A DNA stretch of 64,000 bases from a virus. Its lineage: Duplodnaviria; Caudoviricetes. The position numbers and the translations under genes were made by a program. Every line of letters starts with the position of its first letter. Position 1 is the stretch's first letter. The stretch spans positions 20,261 through 84,260 of the IMG/VR virus record IMGVR_UViG_2524614838_000004; one strand, 5' to 3'. Shown in pieces: positions 18,856 through 27,532 of the stretch. The notes beneath the pieces were generated by a model. That model did no database searches. It saw only the letters and a list, made by a program, of their open reading frames with translations, and was not told the origin of the DNA.

Positions 18856-19056
18856 TTATTCTCTATTTTCTAATTCTTCTTTTGCTGATTTCAAAATATC
18901 ATCATCATAAACAGAATTGGCAATCTGTATTCTTACTACTTCCATTCCGTAACTTTCAAGGTATTTTTTACACTCTTTGGTGCTTTTAAAATATCTATAG
19001 TCTTTGTAAACTTCCTTGGTGTTTGGATATGTCATAATAAACTCGAATAATTCCAT
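18856..19056 (-). CDS. Hypothetical protein, first gene of the leftward operon
   Basis: RBS GAAAGGCGGT; downstream of a consensus promoter. Confidence 0.65.
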   Translation of the reverse strand: MELFEFIMTYPNTKEVYKDYRYFKSTKECKKYLESYGMEVVRIQIANSVYDDDILKSAKEELENRE

Positions 19057-19106
19057 GATAGTTACCGCCTTTCGATTGACTTATTTGTGTTGCTTGCTAT
19101 GTTTAT

Positions 19107-19135
19107 ACTATATCACTTTAGAAAGTGACTGTCAA
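19107..19135 (-). promoter_or_regulatory. Leftward SigA promoter with a palindromic operator in its spacer
   Basis: TTGACA-17 bp-TATAGT; spacer contains TCACTTT-AG-AAAGTGA (19113-19128). Confidence 0.75.
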
Positions 19136-19144
19136 GCGATTTTA

Positions 19145-19160
19145 TAACTTTCTTAAGTGA
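19145..19160. promoter_or_regulatory. Operator copy 2
   Basis: TAACTTTCTTAAGTGA. Confidence 0.55.
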
Positions 19161-19222
19161 TAAATATGATTTGACTTTTTGTCAAAGATATTTTATACTT
19201 AATTAACTGGAGGAGGTGCGTT

Positions 19223-19465
19223 ATGTTACGATATAAAATAGATGTTGCTGATGCCTTGGAGCGCAAAGGGTTTAATTTGTATAAGGCAAAGACGACAAAG
19301 CTTTTAAGTCAAGACACACTAAAGAAAATTAAGAAAGAGGATACTACTATATCCTTAGAAAGCCTTAACCGGATATGTCTAATATTGGATATGCAACCAA
19401 AGGATTTGATAGAGTTTAAAGCAACTGAAGAAGAAGAGGAAATAAAAAAGAAACATAACTTTTAA
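19223..19465 (+). CDS. Cro/C1-type HTH regulator
   Basis: LSQDTLKKIKKEDTTISLESLNRICLILDMQPKDLIEF. Confidence 0.8.
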   Translation: MLRYKIDVADALERKGFNLYKAKTTKLLSQDTLKKIKKEDTTISLESLNRICLILDMQPKDLIEFKATEEEEEIKKKHNF

Positions 19466-19473
19466 AAAATGTC

Positions 19474-19502
19474 TTGAAAATAACTTTTGGAAGTGATAAT
19501 AT
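19474..19502 (+). promoter_or_regulatory. Rightward promoter with operator copy 3
   Basis: TTGAAA-17 bp-TAATAT; spacer contains TAACTTTTGGAAGTGA. Confidence 0.55.
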
Positions 19503-19553
19503 AGGGGCAACAAATAAAATACCTTGCAAGACAAGGGAGAAAAGAGGAAGATT

Positions 19554-19817
19554 ATGATGACAAGAGAAAGGGCATGGGAGTTAGCAATCGAAGGGATTGA
19601 AAAAGCGTATGAAGAAAAATTCGGGGAACCGTTATGGCAGGCCTTTGGAAACTCCGTAGCCTATCAAACATATCTTCGGCAGATCGAGAACGATAGCGAT
19701 TTCTCAGATCTTGATGAGTATGCAACGGAGGAAGAGTACAAAGATTCTTGGTATAAGTGGTTCATGGATGAAGCCGAAGAGATCACGGATAATGACCGAA
19801 AGGAATATCAGTTATAA
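19554..19817 (+). CDS. Acidic hypothetical protein
   Basis: RBS AGAGGAAG. Confidence 0.6.
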   Translation: MMTRERAWELAIEGIEKAYEEKFGEPLWQAFGNSVAYQTYLRQIENDSDFSDLDEYATEEEYKDSWYKWFMDEAEEITDNDRKEYQL

Positions 19818-19823
19818 TAATTT

Positions 19824-20552
19824 ATGTCTGAATCCAGAAAGGCGGAGGATATGAGGCAAGTGAGAGACTTAACCGGCCAGCGATTCGGCAGGCTTGTAGC
19901 TAAGTATCCCACAGACAAGAGACTCGGTACATCCGTGATTTGGCATTGTGCCTGTGACTGTGGGAAAAGCTGTGAAGTTGCTGCCGTGAATCTTTTGGCA
20001 GGAACTACTAAAAGCTGTGGGTGCTTGCGAAGCGAAGCGGCGAAAGAGCAAATCGATAAAAACAGAAATCCGAAGTATATCGACATCACGGGCAGGACCT
20101 TTGGAGAGCTTACCGCGAAGTATCCCCTCCTGGACGGAAAGCGTGGCAAGGGTATGAGTATGACTTGGCATTGTGAGTGCAGTTGTGGAAAGGCGGTCGA
20201 TGTGCCATATGGCAGTCTAGCAAGTGGGAGTACGACATCATGTGGCCATGTTTGTGTGGACAAGATTAGGGAGCTTTATGTCAACGGTACAGCCCCGTGT
20301 AAATTGACATCCACGATTAGTGCGTCAAATAAATCCGGAGCTACGGGCGTGTATTACAACAAAGTGCGAAAAAAGTGGATAGCCCAAATAATGTTTAAGC
20401 GCAAGAATTATTATCTCGGAGGTTACGATGTTTTAACTGATGCAATGGACGCACGAAAGCAAGCAGAGAAAGAGATTTACGGTCCTTTCTTGGAGTGGTA
20501 CGCAAAAGCATATCCTGATCAGTGGGAAAGATTGCAGAGAAAGAAATGTTAA
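19824..20552 (+). CDS. AP2-domain protein with repeated W.C.C.CG modules (homing-endonuclease-related)
   Basis: DLTGQRFGRL...WHCACDCG repeated twice; C-terminal GVYY...WIAQI...YLGGY AP2 motif. Confidence 0.8.
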   Translation: MSESRKAEDMRQVRDLTGQRFGRLVAKYPTDKRLGTSVIWHCACDCGKSCEVAAVNLLAGTTKSCGCLRSEAAKEQIDKNRNPKYIDITGRTFGELTAKYPLLDGKRGKGMSMTWHCECSCGKAVDVPYGSLASGSTTSCGHVCVDKIRELYVNGTAPCKLTSTISASNKSGATGVYYNKVRKKWIAQIMFKRKNYYLGGYDVLTDAMDARKQAEKEIYGPFLEWYAKAYPDQWERLQRKKC

Positions 20553-20862
20553 GGACCGGCGGTTGTTGGCTCTTTTCGTATACATTTTGATTCCAATTTG
20601 TACACAAAATGTTTCCACAGATTTAGATATAGATATATAAATACATTGCGCAAAAACATGATCATTGCATCATATGCAAGGCCGGACTTCTCCAAAAACT
20701 CTATAATGATTAATAAATAAAAGTTATTGACAGATATTGGATATTCTGTTATCGTAAAGATAATTGAAAGAAGGCCGTATATAGCCACGTTAATATATAC
20801 ATTTTCGGAGGATAGGGATATATAGATTTTATATATTACTCCTTCACCCTGGTAGCTCTAGG

Positions 20863-20910
20863 AGCCGTGACCCGTTGCATAACGTACTTGCAACAGGTGG
20901 CGGCTTTTTT
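20863..20910 (+). terminator. Long hairpin with T tract
   Basis: AGCCG/CGGCT and GTTGCA/TGCAAC stems followed by TTTTT. Confidence 0.65.
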
Positions 20911-21075
20911 ATTTGGCCGTAAATCGATTTTAAGGAGGTAGACGAGAAAATGTCCGCGGAAGAGATTGGAAACGGCGTAAGATGGCAATATGAACGCTAA
21001 AACAGCATTTGATCTATAGGTTATAGTACAACTAGAACAAATTCAGAATGAATCTAAAATTGAGGGGTGAGGCAG

Positions 21076-21246
21076 ATGAAAGGAATGAGTGATAAATGTG
21101 ATCGGAAAAGTTGCCGGTTTTGTGAGACCGGTAAATGCACAGATCAGGAGCAACGGAACGAATGCTTAGGCCTACTCTTTCAAATCCTCCCCGATCCTGA
21201 TGACCGGATAACATTTGCCCTGGTAGACCAGGTTGTAAAAAATTAA
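21076..21246 (+). CDS. Small Cys-rich protein, 56 aa
   Basis: RBS GGGGTGAGG; CDRKSCRFC. Confidence 0.5.
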   Translation: MKGMSDKCDRKSCRFCETGKCTDQEQRNECLGLLFQILPDPDDRITFALVDQVVKN

Positions 21247-21366
21247 ATAAACCTACTGGGATATCAATGATAAGTACCCAGATGTTAAATATATAAAGCT
21301 TTTATATGTATCTGTATGATGTATATATGATACCCGTATAAGAGCCAGAAAGGAGTTATAAATATT

Positions 21367-22011
21367 ATGCCTAAGTCAGATGAGTATACAGTAGATGGCT
21401 TTGATATAGAGCTTGATACAGATGATAAAGATACAGACGATAGAGATTATATTAATAATATTACAGCTACAATTATGGATATATCTAATGAGTTTATAAA
21501 GAGGCATAGTAATATTAATCTATGTTCTTCTCAAGGATTATCTGAGTTATTAAAGGATATAGGACGTAAATATAAAGTTGGATTTAATACAGTCACTAAA
21601 GAGTATGATATCAAAGAACTAAATATATTATGGGACATCTATACAGTTATCTGTTGTACATGTAGGATTAAGCCCACACTGCTCCGCTTTAGTATGATGG
21701 CGGGTATTAACAAGGACACGATAAACAGCTGGTTAAAAGGTGAATTTGATGGGCGGGTCGCTTCCGGCCATTCCGTTTCGGCACAAAAATGGAAATCGGA
21801 ATGCGAGTCAACTTTGTACGATGAGGTAATCCAAACCGGCAATATCGGCTGTATGTTCGCCCTAAAAGCCAATTATGGATACCGGGATAATGTCCAGATC
21901 ATAGCCTACGATGATAAGGCCGGGAAACCGGAATACACCCGGTCGGAGATTGAGGACAGAGCAAAAACAGTGGACCTGCTGCCGGGATCGGCTGACGAAC
22001 TACCGGATTAA
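21367..22011 (+). CDS. Probable terminase small subunit (DNA-packaging protein)
   Basis: HTH region followed by IGCMFALKANYGYRD, a C-terminal motif typical of gp3-like small terminases. Confidence 0.6.
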   Translation: MPKSDEYTVDGFDIELDTDDKDTDDRDYINNITATIMDISNEFIKRHSNINLCSSQGLSELLKDIGRKYKVGFNTVTKEYDIKELNILWDIYTVICCTCRIKPTLLRFSMMAGINKDTINSWLKGEFDGRVASGHSVSAQKWKSECESTLYDEVIQTGNIGCMFALKANYGYRDNVQIIAYDDKAGKPEYTRSEIEDRAKTVDLLPGSADELPD

Positions 22012-22049
22012 AGGCAAAAGAAAAGCCCCGGCGAATGCCAGGGCAGATG

Positions 22050-22628
22050 TTAAATCAAGAATAAATGTTTCTGTATTGCTTCTTCGACTTGTTTCGGTTG
22101 TATACCGATATATCTTTGAGTAACGGCGGTACTTGAATGTTGCAGGAGTTGCCGAACGATTTCAATGTTGTAGCCATTGCTGTTATAAATGTCGGTAGCA
22201 TAATACTTGCGGAAGCTGTGAGAACCGATATTTTCAAGGCCTAGAGATTCACAAGCCAGTTTTAAATGCTTTTGTATGGCTCTTTCGCTTATGTCAAACA
22301 GCTTTGCACGGCTTGAAATGCCGTTATCAAGCGCATATTGCAAGATGTAATTATACAGTTCGACCGGTACAGTAAAATTCCTTTGCTTTTTAGTTTTCCC
22401 CTCTGTGATGTCAAGGCGATAGCGTTCGCCGTCTTTGATTATGTCACAGGCATGGAGCCGCAGCACATCGCCTATACGTAAGCCCAGGTTGGCTTCCAGC
22501 ACTAAGGCAGTAGCGATCCGGTTGTTTGGCTTACAGATGGTTCCGTCCTTGGCCGTAAAGCCGGACCGGATAGTGTCAATGATAAGCTGATATGTTTCTC
22601 TGGTTAGTGCAACTGTTTTTTTATTCAT
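22050..22628 (-). CDS. Small catalytic-domain-only tyrosine recombinase (resolvase/invertase-like)
   Basis: LGLRIGD, HSFRK, LQHSS, TQRY; 192 aa with no arm-binding domain. Confidence 0.9.
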   Translation of the reverse strand: MNKKTVALTRETYQLIIDTIRSGFTAKDGTICKPNNRIATALVLEANLGLRIGDVLRLHACDIIKDGERYRLDITEGKTKKQRNFTVPVELYNYILQYALDNGISSRAKLFDISERAIQKHLKLACESLGLENIGSHSFRKYYATDIYNSNGYNIEIVRQLLQHSSTAVTQRYIGIQPKQVEEAIQKHLFLI

Positions 22629-22641
22629 TCTGTACTCCTCC

Positions 22642-22756
22642 TTAAAAGTTCGTAAAACACCTATTAAAAGTTCGTATAATCTATTGATACCATAATACCA
22701 TATGATGAAACCATTGTAAATACGTAATAGTTCGTAATTTGATTATTTTACGAACT
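22642..22756. repeat. AGTTCGTA repeats: two direct copies and one 28-bp inverted pair
   Basis: TTAAAAGTTCGTA at 22642 and 22664; AGTTCGTAA...TTACGAACT at 22729-22756. Confidence 0.7.
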
Positions 22757-22905
22757 TTGAAAACGCAAGCAAATAAGACACCCGGCAGGGGGGGTCTATA
22801 GGAATTGATTTTTAGGCGTAGTTGGGTCCCGAAGTAACGAAAAAATCAAAAAAGGCTTTTTATCAAAGTCAAGAATCTGATCAAGAAAGTAAAGAGGTAT
22901 TCATC

Positions 22906-23364
22906 ATGGTAGACCTTACAGGAAAATTTATAACCACTACGACAAATGAAGAAAGTGAAAGATTGCTTAGAATGGCTTCTGCACGAGGATATAGAACAGA
23001 TATTGGATTGAAAGCAATGGTCAACAATAGATTATTCTATTTCTCTGAATTTCCTAAGTGGATATCTACTCCGGCTTATTTTCATTCACCAGATAATGCT
23101 TATACATACCAGGAATTATTTGGTGAAGAAGATGAGGAAATGAGCAGGATACTATCTGATTCATTGCGCTTCTGCCGGGCTCATGGATATAGCATTTTCA
23201 GGATTTATGTTGATGAAGAAACCATGGCATTTAAGGGCAAGGCGATAGCCAAAGGAATTTCAGGAGATCGTAAAGAAATTGATATGAGCATTGGGAAACC
23301 TATTAAGCTTTCAAAAGCTGATATTGAACTGCTTGTAGGCTGTCCTGTTGAAATCGTTTCTTAG
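22906..23364 (+). CDS. Hypothetical protein
   Basis: RBS AAGAGGT. Confidence 0.65.
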   Translation: MVDLTGKFITTTTNEESERLLRMASARGYRTDIGLKAMVNNRLFYFSEFPKWISTPAYFHSPDNAYTYQELFGEEDEEMSRILSDSLRFCRAHGYSIFRIYVDEETMAFKGKAIAKGISGDRKEIDMSIGKPIKLSKADIELLVGCPVEIVS

Positions 23365-23424
23365 AAAAGTGATTCTCAAATTTTTAAAAAATATAAAAAG
23401 GCCTTTTCCCGGGAGGATACATAA

Positions 23425-23871
23425 ATGTTCAATCGAAAATTATTGTTTGCCAAAAGGCATAGAGGAACTTTCCTGTTTGCTTTTGTAAATTTCAAAACTC
23501 AGGAATGCTATGAATGGTATATCCAGTTCTCTTTAAAAGATCCTTGGTGGGTTCCCAAATATGATCCGTACTACCTCAATGGAAAATGCCCATTAGCCGG
23601 CTGGTTATTTTTCTACTTTGGCAGACATACAAGAGGAGCTGTTATTCCTTGTCAGGAAAGTGATATTCATGAGGGCGAGAAACCTATAATTGATAAGGCC
23701 GGGAATCTGTATATGATTTATAATCTGCCAGATGAAGAACTGGCCAGAAAGTTCCGGCGGACGATTCTCCGGTATAACTGTGATGTTGAAATCGAGAAAG
23801 ATGGCGATAACGTGACACTTGTTAATCGGGTCCGGTCCAGAAGATGGATTTCAATTTTTCTTAAAAAATAA
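23425..23871 (+). CDS. Hypothetical protein
   Basis: RBS GGAGG. Confidence 0.65.
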   Translation: MFNRKLLFAKRHRGTFLFAFVNFKTQECYEWYIQFSLKDPWWVPKYDPYYLNGKCPLAGWLFFYFGRHTRGAVIPCQESDIHEGEKPIIDKAGNLYMIYNLPDEELARKFRRTILRYNCDVEIEKDGDNVTLVNRVRSRRWISIFLKK

Positions 23872-23891
23872 AAAAGGGGTTGTAGGAAGTC

Positions 23892-24017
23892 ATGATTAAT
23901 ATAGCAGCAATAATAGCGTCACAGACAGCAATGCGTGCCGCAACGCAATTTACTTTGAATCAGGCAAAAAGGAGACGTGAAGAGGAAGCAAAAAGAAAAG
24001 ATAAGCCTAAAAAGTAA
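23892..24017 (+). CDS. Small basic protein, 41 aa
   Basis: RBS AGGAAG; translated by hand. Confidence 0.45.
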   Translation: MINIAAIIASQTAMRAATQFTLNQAKRRREEEAKRKDKPKK

Positions 24018-24121
24018 ATCTACGGGTTCCGGCGTGCATGGGAAGCCAGATTAAATGCGGTCAATCAGGTGGCGGCACCTGGGCGTAAAGTAGCCCGTAA
24101 CTGGAATATGAGGTAAATATA

Positions 24122-24424
24122 ATGAGTGTAAGTAATGATTCGTATTATAAGCCAGAGGAAGCGTTACAGGAATTAATGCTTCAAGAGCGTATTCTTTGTA
24201 CTGCTATTGATATTCAGGCGCTACTTGGCCTTTTGGTGGATAAAGGGATTATTTCGAAGGAAGAGATTGATATGTTTAGAGACAGGGTTCGAAATCTTCC
24301 GAAGTACAAAAACTCTATTGAGGAAATAGAGCGGTTGAAAAAGGGATTTTCAGTTGCTAAAGATAATCCAGAAGCATATTTGAAAGCAATTTTAAATGCA
24401 AAGATGAGTGGCAAAATAAAATGA
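24122..24424 (+). CDS. Hypothetical protein
   Basis: RBS GAGGT. Confidence 0.65.
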   Translation: MSVSNDSYYKPEEALQELMLQERILCTAIDIQALLGLLVDKGIISKEEIDMFRDRVRNLPKYKNSIEEIERLKKGFSVAKDNPEAYLKAILNAKMSGKIK

Positions 24425-24449
24425 ATTATTGAATTGGGGAGGTTATGAA

Positions 24450-25406
24450 ATGTCAAAAGTAGAAATCAAAAACGATAAAGTAAATAATTCAGTGTTATTG
24501 AATGGAACAGATATAAGCAATCTCTTATCTGGGGTTGATTTGAGGATAGAAGCTGGGTGCTACCCAAATTTAACTCTTTATGCTCCGTTGGTGCCATCAG
24601 CAGCTATATTGCTGAACAATGCAGAGGTTAAGATTGATAATAAATTACTCCAGATTGCAGCAGAAATCATGCGAACTGAATTTATGCAGAAAGGTGACTG
24701 GTACAATGCTCTGGTAGATTCCATTGCACAGTATTTGAGAGCCATTCCAGCCAATGAAGGTTTATACAGCGTAGCGGAGGGACTTGCAGACCGTATTGTT
24801 GGTGCAGAATCGGACCGGGACAGCATTGACAATCTGGACCTTACTGTCAGGACATATAACTGTCTGAAACGTGCAGGTGTGGAAACAGTGAGCCAGCTTC
24901 GTCAGATGTCAGCAGTTGATTTTGCGAATGTAAAAAACTTCAGTCAGCGGTGCTTTGAAGAAGTTTTGGAAAAGCAAAAAATTATAAGTGCTGAGAAAGG
25001 GGACTCCATGGACAAGAAAGAATTGGCAAAGCTCATTGATGGGTATGAATACAGATCCGAACCTGAACCGTTTAGTAGTGTTAGGCAGGCAGCGAAAGAA
25101 GCTGGTTTGGTTATTGTTAGCGGAGCTTCAGATGATCTAATGATTTTTGATGGGGCCATTTATGATGAGGGTGGCTGCTTTGACGGTGGAAAGGTATTCT
25201 TTGACCGGAATGGCGTATCACAAGATGATTCAGAGCGTGCAAACTGCATTGAAGCTTTCTGGTGCGATAAGTCCGCAATAGATGAATATGGGAATGTCAT
25301 TACCTGGACATATAAAACGGATATTCCACACGAAACATTCATGATGTATGAGGACGGGCAGCCGTATTGCCGGGGTATTGTGTTTGATTTGGCAGATGTG
25401 AAATAG
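24450..25406 (+). CDS. Multidomain protein with an RNA polymerase alpha-CTD-like domain
   Basis: SIDNLDLTVRTYNCLKRAGVETVSQL matches the alpha-CTD signature; internal RBS plus ATG at MDKKEL. Confidence 0.7.
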   Translation: MSKVEIKNDKVNNSVLLNGTDISNLLSGVDLRIEAGCYPNLTLYAPLVPSAAILLNNAEVKIDNKLLQIAAEIMRTEFMQKGDWYNALVDSIAQYLRAIPANEGLYSVAEGLADRIVGAESDRDSIDNLDLTVRTYNCLKRAGVETVSQLRQMSAVDFANVKNFSQRCFEEVLEKQKIISAEKGDSMDKKELAKLIDGYEYRSEPEPFSSVRQAAKEAGLVIVSGASDDLMIFDGAIYDEGGCFDGGKVFFDRNGVSQDDSERANCIEAFWCDKSAIDEYGNVITWTYKTDIPHETFMMYEDGQPYCRGIVFDLADVK

Positions 25407-25417
25407 GGGTGAGAGAA

Positions 25418-25582
25418 TTGGAAGCATTGAAGTGGATTGTTACGGTTTGGAATGTATTTATGGTGATTTTTATTCTTTGGTTTTCCAGGGGACTGATCTG
25501 GAAGAGAGATAAGGCAGCAACAGTCGGATTTGGTGTTATGGCAATCATGTATATTCTGGCTTTGCCGCTAATATGGAGGTAA
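25418..25582 (+). CDS. Small two-helix membrane protein, 54 aa
   Basis: TTG start after GGGGTGAG; two hydrophobic segments. Confidence 0.55.
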   Translation: MEALKWIVTVWNVFMVIFILWFSRGLIWKRDKAATVGFGVMAIMYILALPLIWR

Positions 25583-25587
25583 CTGAT

Positions 25588-25893
25588 ATGATTTGTTTCT
25601 CAGAGCAACAGAAACAGGAAATAGTACATACAGGAATACTGGTAATTGAGTTCAAGAGGTCAATTGTAAAGGTCTTTGAATCCCTAAAAGACGTGATTGT
25701 GATTGTAAACGATGTATTGCTACAGTTTGCAGATAGAATCCTCAAAAGTGTACAGATAATTTGTAAAGAATACCAAAGTATGCCACCAAAGGAAAAATAT
25801 AAGGGGGTCCGCGGGCTGGACAAGTGTGGATACACTGAAAAAGAAATTAACTTGATGGTAGGGGGAACATACCACTGCCGCAATAATTGTTAG
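25588..25893 (+). CDS. Hypothetical protein
   Basis: RBS GGAGGT. Confidence 0.55.
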   Translation: MICFSEQQKQEIVHTGILVIEFKRSIVKVFESLKDVIVIVNDVLLQFADRILKSVQIICKEYQSMPPKEKYKGVRGLDKCGYTEKEINLMVGGTYHCRNNC

Positions 25894-25907
25894 GGAGGAT
25901 ATTGGAA

Positions 25908-26450
25908 ATGAAGAATTGGAAAGTGTTTGTAATTGGAGCTGCTGCAGTATTTGCAGTGATTTTAATGGGAGTGTTTGGAATCCAGGGAAGCCAGAATAAG
26001 GCAATCTACCTGGAAGAATCCATTCAGACGGCTCAGTCAGATATTAAGGTGCAAGAAAAGCGCCGGGTAGATTTGGTTTATAACCTTGCGGATTGCGTAA
26101 AGCAGTATGATAAGCACGAGGCAGATACCCTGACAGCGATTGTAGAGGGGCGGGGCAGTACTGGAGATATTGAGAATGTGACAACGGCAATAACGGCGGT
26201 ATCTGAAGCTTATCCGGAATTAAAGAGTAATGAGAATTATAAGCAGCTCATGACTGAATTAGCCACAACCGAAAATCTGATGGCACAGTACCGGGAGAAT
26301 TATAACCGGCAGGTGGGTGCATATAATCGTTATGTTAAAGGATTCCCAGCCAGAGTTTATCTTGATTGGTGCGGATATGAACGTCAGGATTACCAGCGAT
26401 TGGATTACAATGCCCCGTCAGATGCTCCTCAGAATTTGTTTAAAGAATAG
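25908..26450 (+). CDS. lemA: LemA family membrane protein
   Basis: N-terminal TM helix; RRVDLVYNL...VKQY and AVSEAYPELKSNENY...YN..V..YN...FPA. Confidence 0.9.
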   Translation: MKNWKVFVIGAAAVFAVILMGVFGIQGSQNKAIYLEESIQTAQSDIKVQEKRRVDLVYNLADCVKQYDKHEADTLTAIVEGRGSTGDIENVTTAITAVSEAYPELKSNENYKQLMTELATTENLMAQYRENYNRQVGAYNRYVKGFPARVYLDWCGYERQDYQRLDYNAPSDAPQNLFKE

Positions 26451-26461
26451 GAGGACGATTC

Positions 26462-26656
26462 ATGGAAGAATTAAAGATGTCCATAGATGAGATGATTTCA
26501 ACACTTGATGGTGCAAGCGGACGGTTAACCGTTGAAGCGCTTAAGAACCCGGTAATCAGGGAAGCAAAGGAAATGGTTATGAAAGTCAGCATAGCCCTTG
26601 GAGAATTAGCAGAGGAATTGGAAGAATCTGCTTACCTTGAAATTGACGAAGATTAA
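26462..26656 (+). CDS. Small acidic protein
   Basis: RBS GGAGG. Confidence 0.6.
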   Translation: MEELKMSIDEMISTLDGASGRLTVEALKNPVIREAKEMVMKVSIALGELAEELEESAYLEIDED

Positions 26657-26668
26657 AGAGGACTTGAT

Positions 26669-27409
26669 ATGAAAAGGTCATGGGATTTTGGAGATTTTGA
26701 AATCACATTACGAGAAGTCATAGCCAGCGTTACCATTGTTGCTGTTATGTTCCTGATTGGATTTGTGATAGCTGGGAAAATAGAAGCTTACCAGATGGAT
26801 AAGAACGCTGAATATAATAAGGCGGTACATATTACGGACACAGAAATGTTCCGTTATGGCATGGACACAAGCCTTGGGAATGCTTTTGTTTATGGGAACC
26901 TGCAAGCAGTTGATCCGGTGACATACCCTGAAATTGGCGGAGAGTACTTATATGTAGAAAAAGTGAAAGAAAGATATACAAGACATACCAGAACAGTTCA
27001 TCATTCGAATGGAAAAACTTCATGGACAACAACTGAAACATATTGGACATGGGATAAGGTCGGATCAGAAAATATACATTCGAACAATATACGGTTTTTG
27101 GAAATTGAATTTCCCTATGGAAAAGTAGTTATTCCACATAGTGAGTACATGGAAACAATTAAAGAATCAAACAAGATCAGATATAAATATTATGGTTGCC
27201 CGAAAGAACACACCGGATCCATATATACATTTCTGAAAGATGGCACCATAGCAGACAATACGGAATTCTTTAAAAATATGAATATTGAAGAAGCGTTGAA
27301 TCAAAAGACTTCTGGAATTGGATTATGGCTGTTTTGGATATTCTGGATTGCTTTAACTGGTGTCGTGATGTTCGGATTCTATTACCTGGATAACGGATGG
27401 TTAGAGTAA
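26669..27409 (+). CDS. Two-TM membrane protein with a large extracytoplasmic loop
   Basis: Hydrophobic segments at both termini. Confidence 0.75.
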   Translation: MKRSWDFGDFEITLREVIASVTIVAVMFLIGFVIAGKIEAYQMDKNAEYNKAVHITDTEMFRYGMDTSLGNAFVYGNLQAVDPVTYPEIGGEYLYVEKVKERYTRHTRTVHHSNGKTSWTTTETYWTWDKVGSENIHSNNIRFLEIEFPYGKVVIPHSEYMETIKESNKIRYKYYGCPKEHTGSIYTFLKDGTIADNTEFFKNMNIEEALNQKTSGIGLWLFWIFWIALTGVVMFGFYYLDNGWLE

Positions 27410-27532
27410 AAATTTTCTCCTCATAGCTGTTTGCTGTTAAGGCGGAGCGAATCTGCCGTGAGGTTTTTATCCTTGTCTCCACTTAGTGGGATTTTCTGCA
27501 TAAAGTCCTGTCGATGGGAGATGTATGGATAG

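Noticed and set aside
24021-24099. Pistol ribozyme (TTAAAT segment)
   Set aside because: No pseudoknot complement and no GCG/GU core
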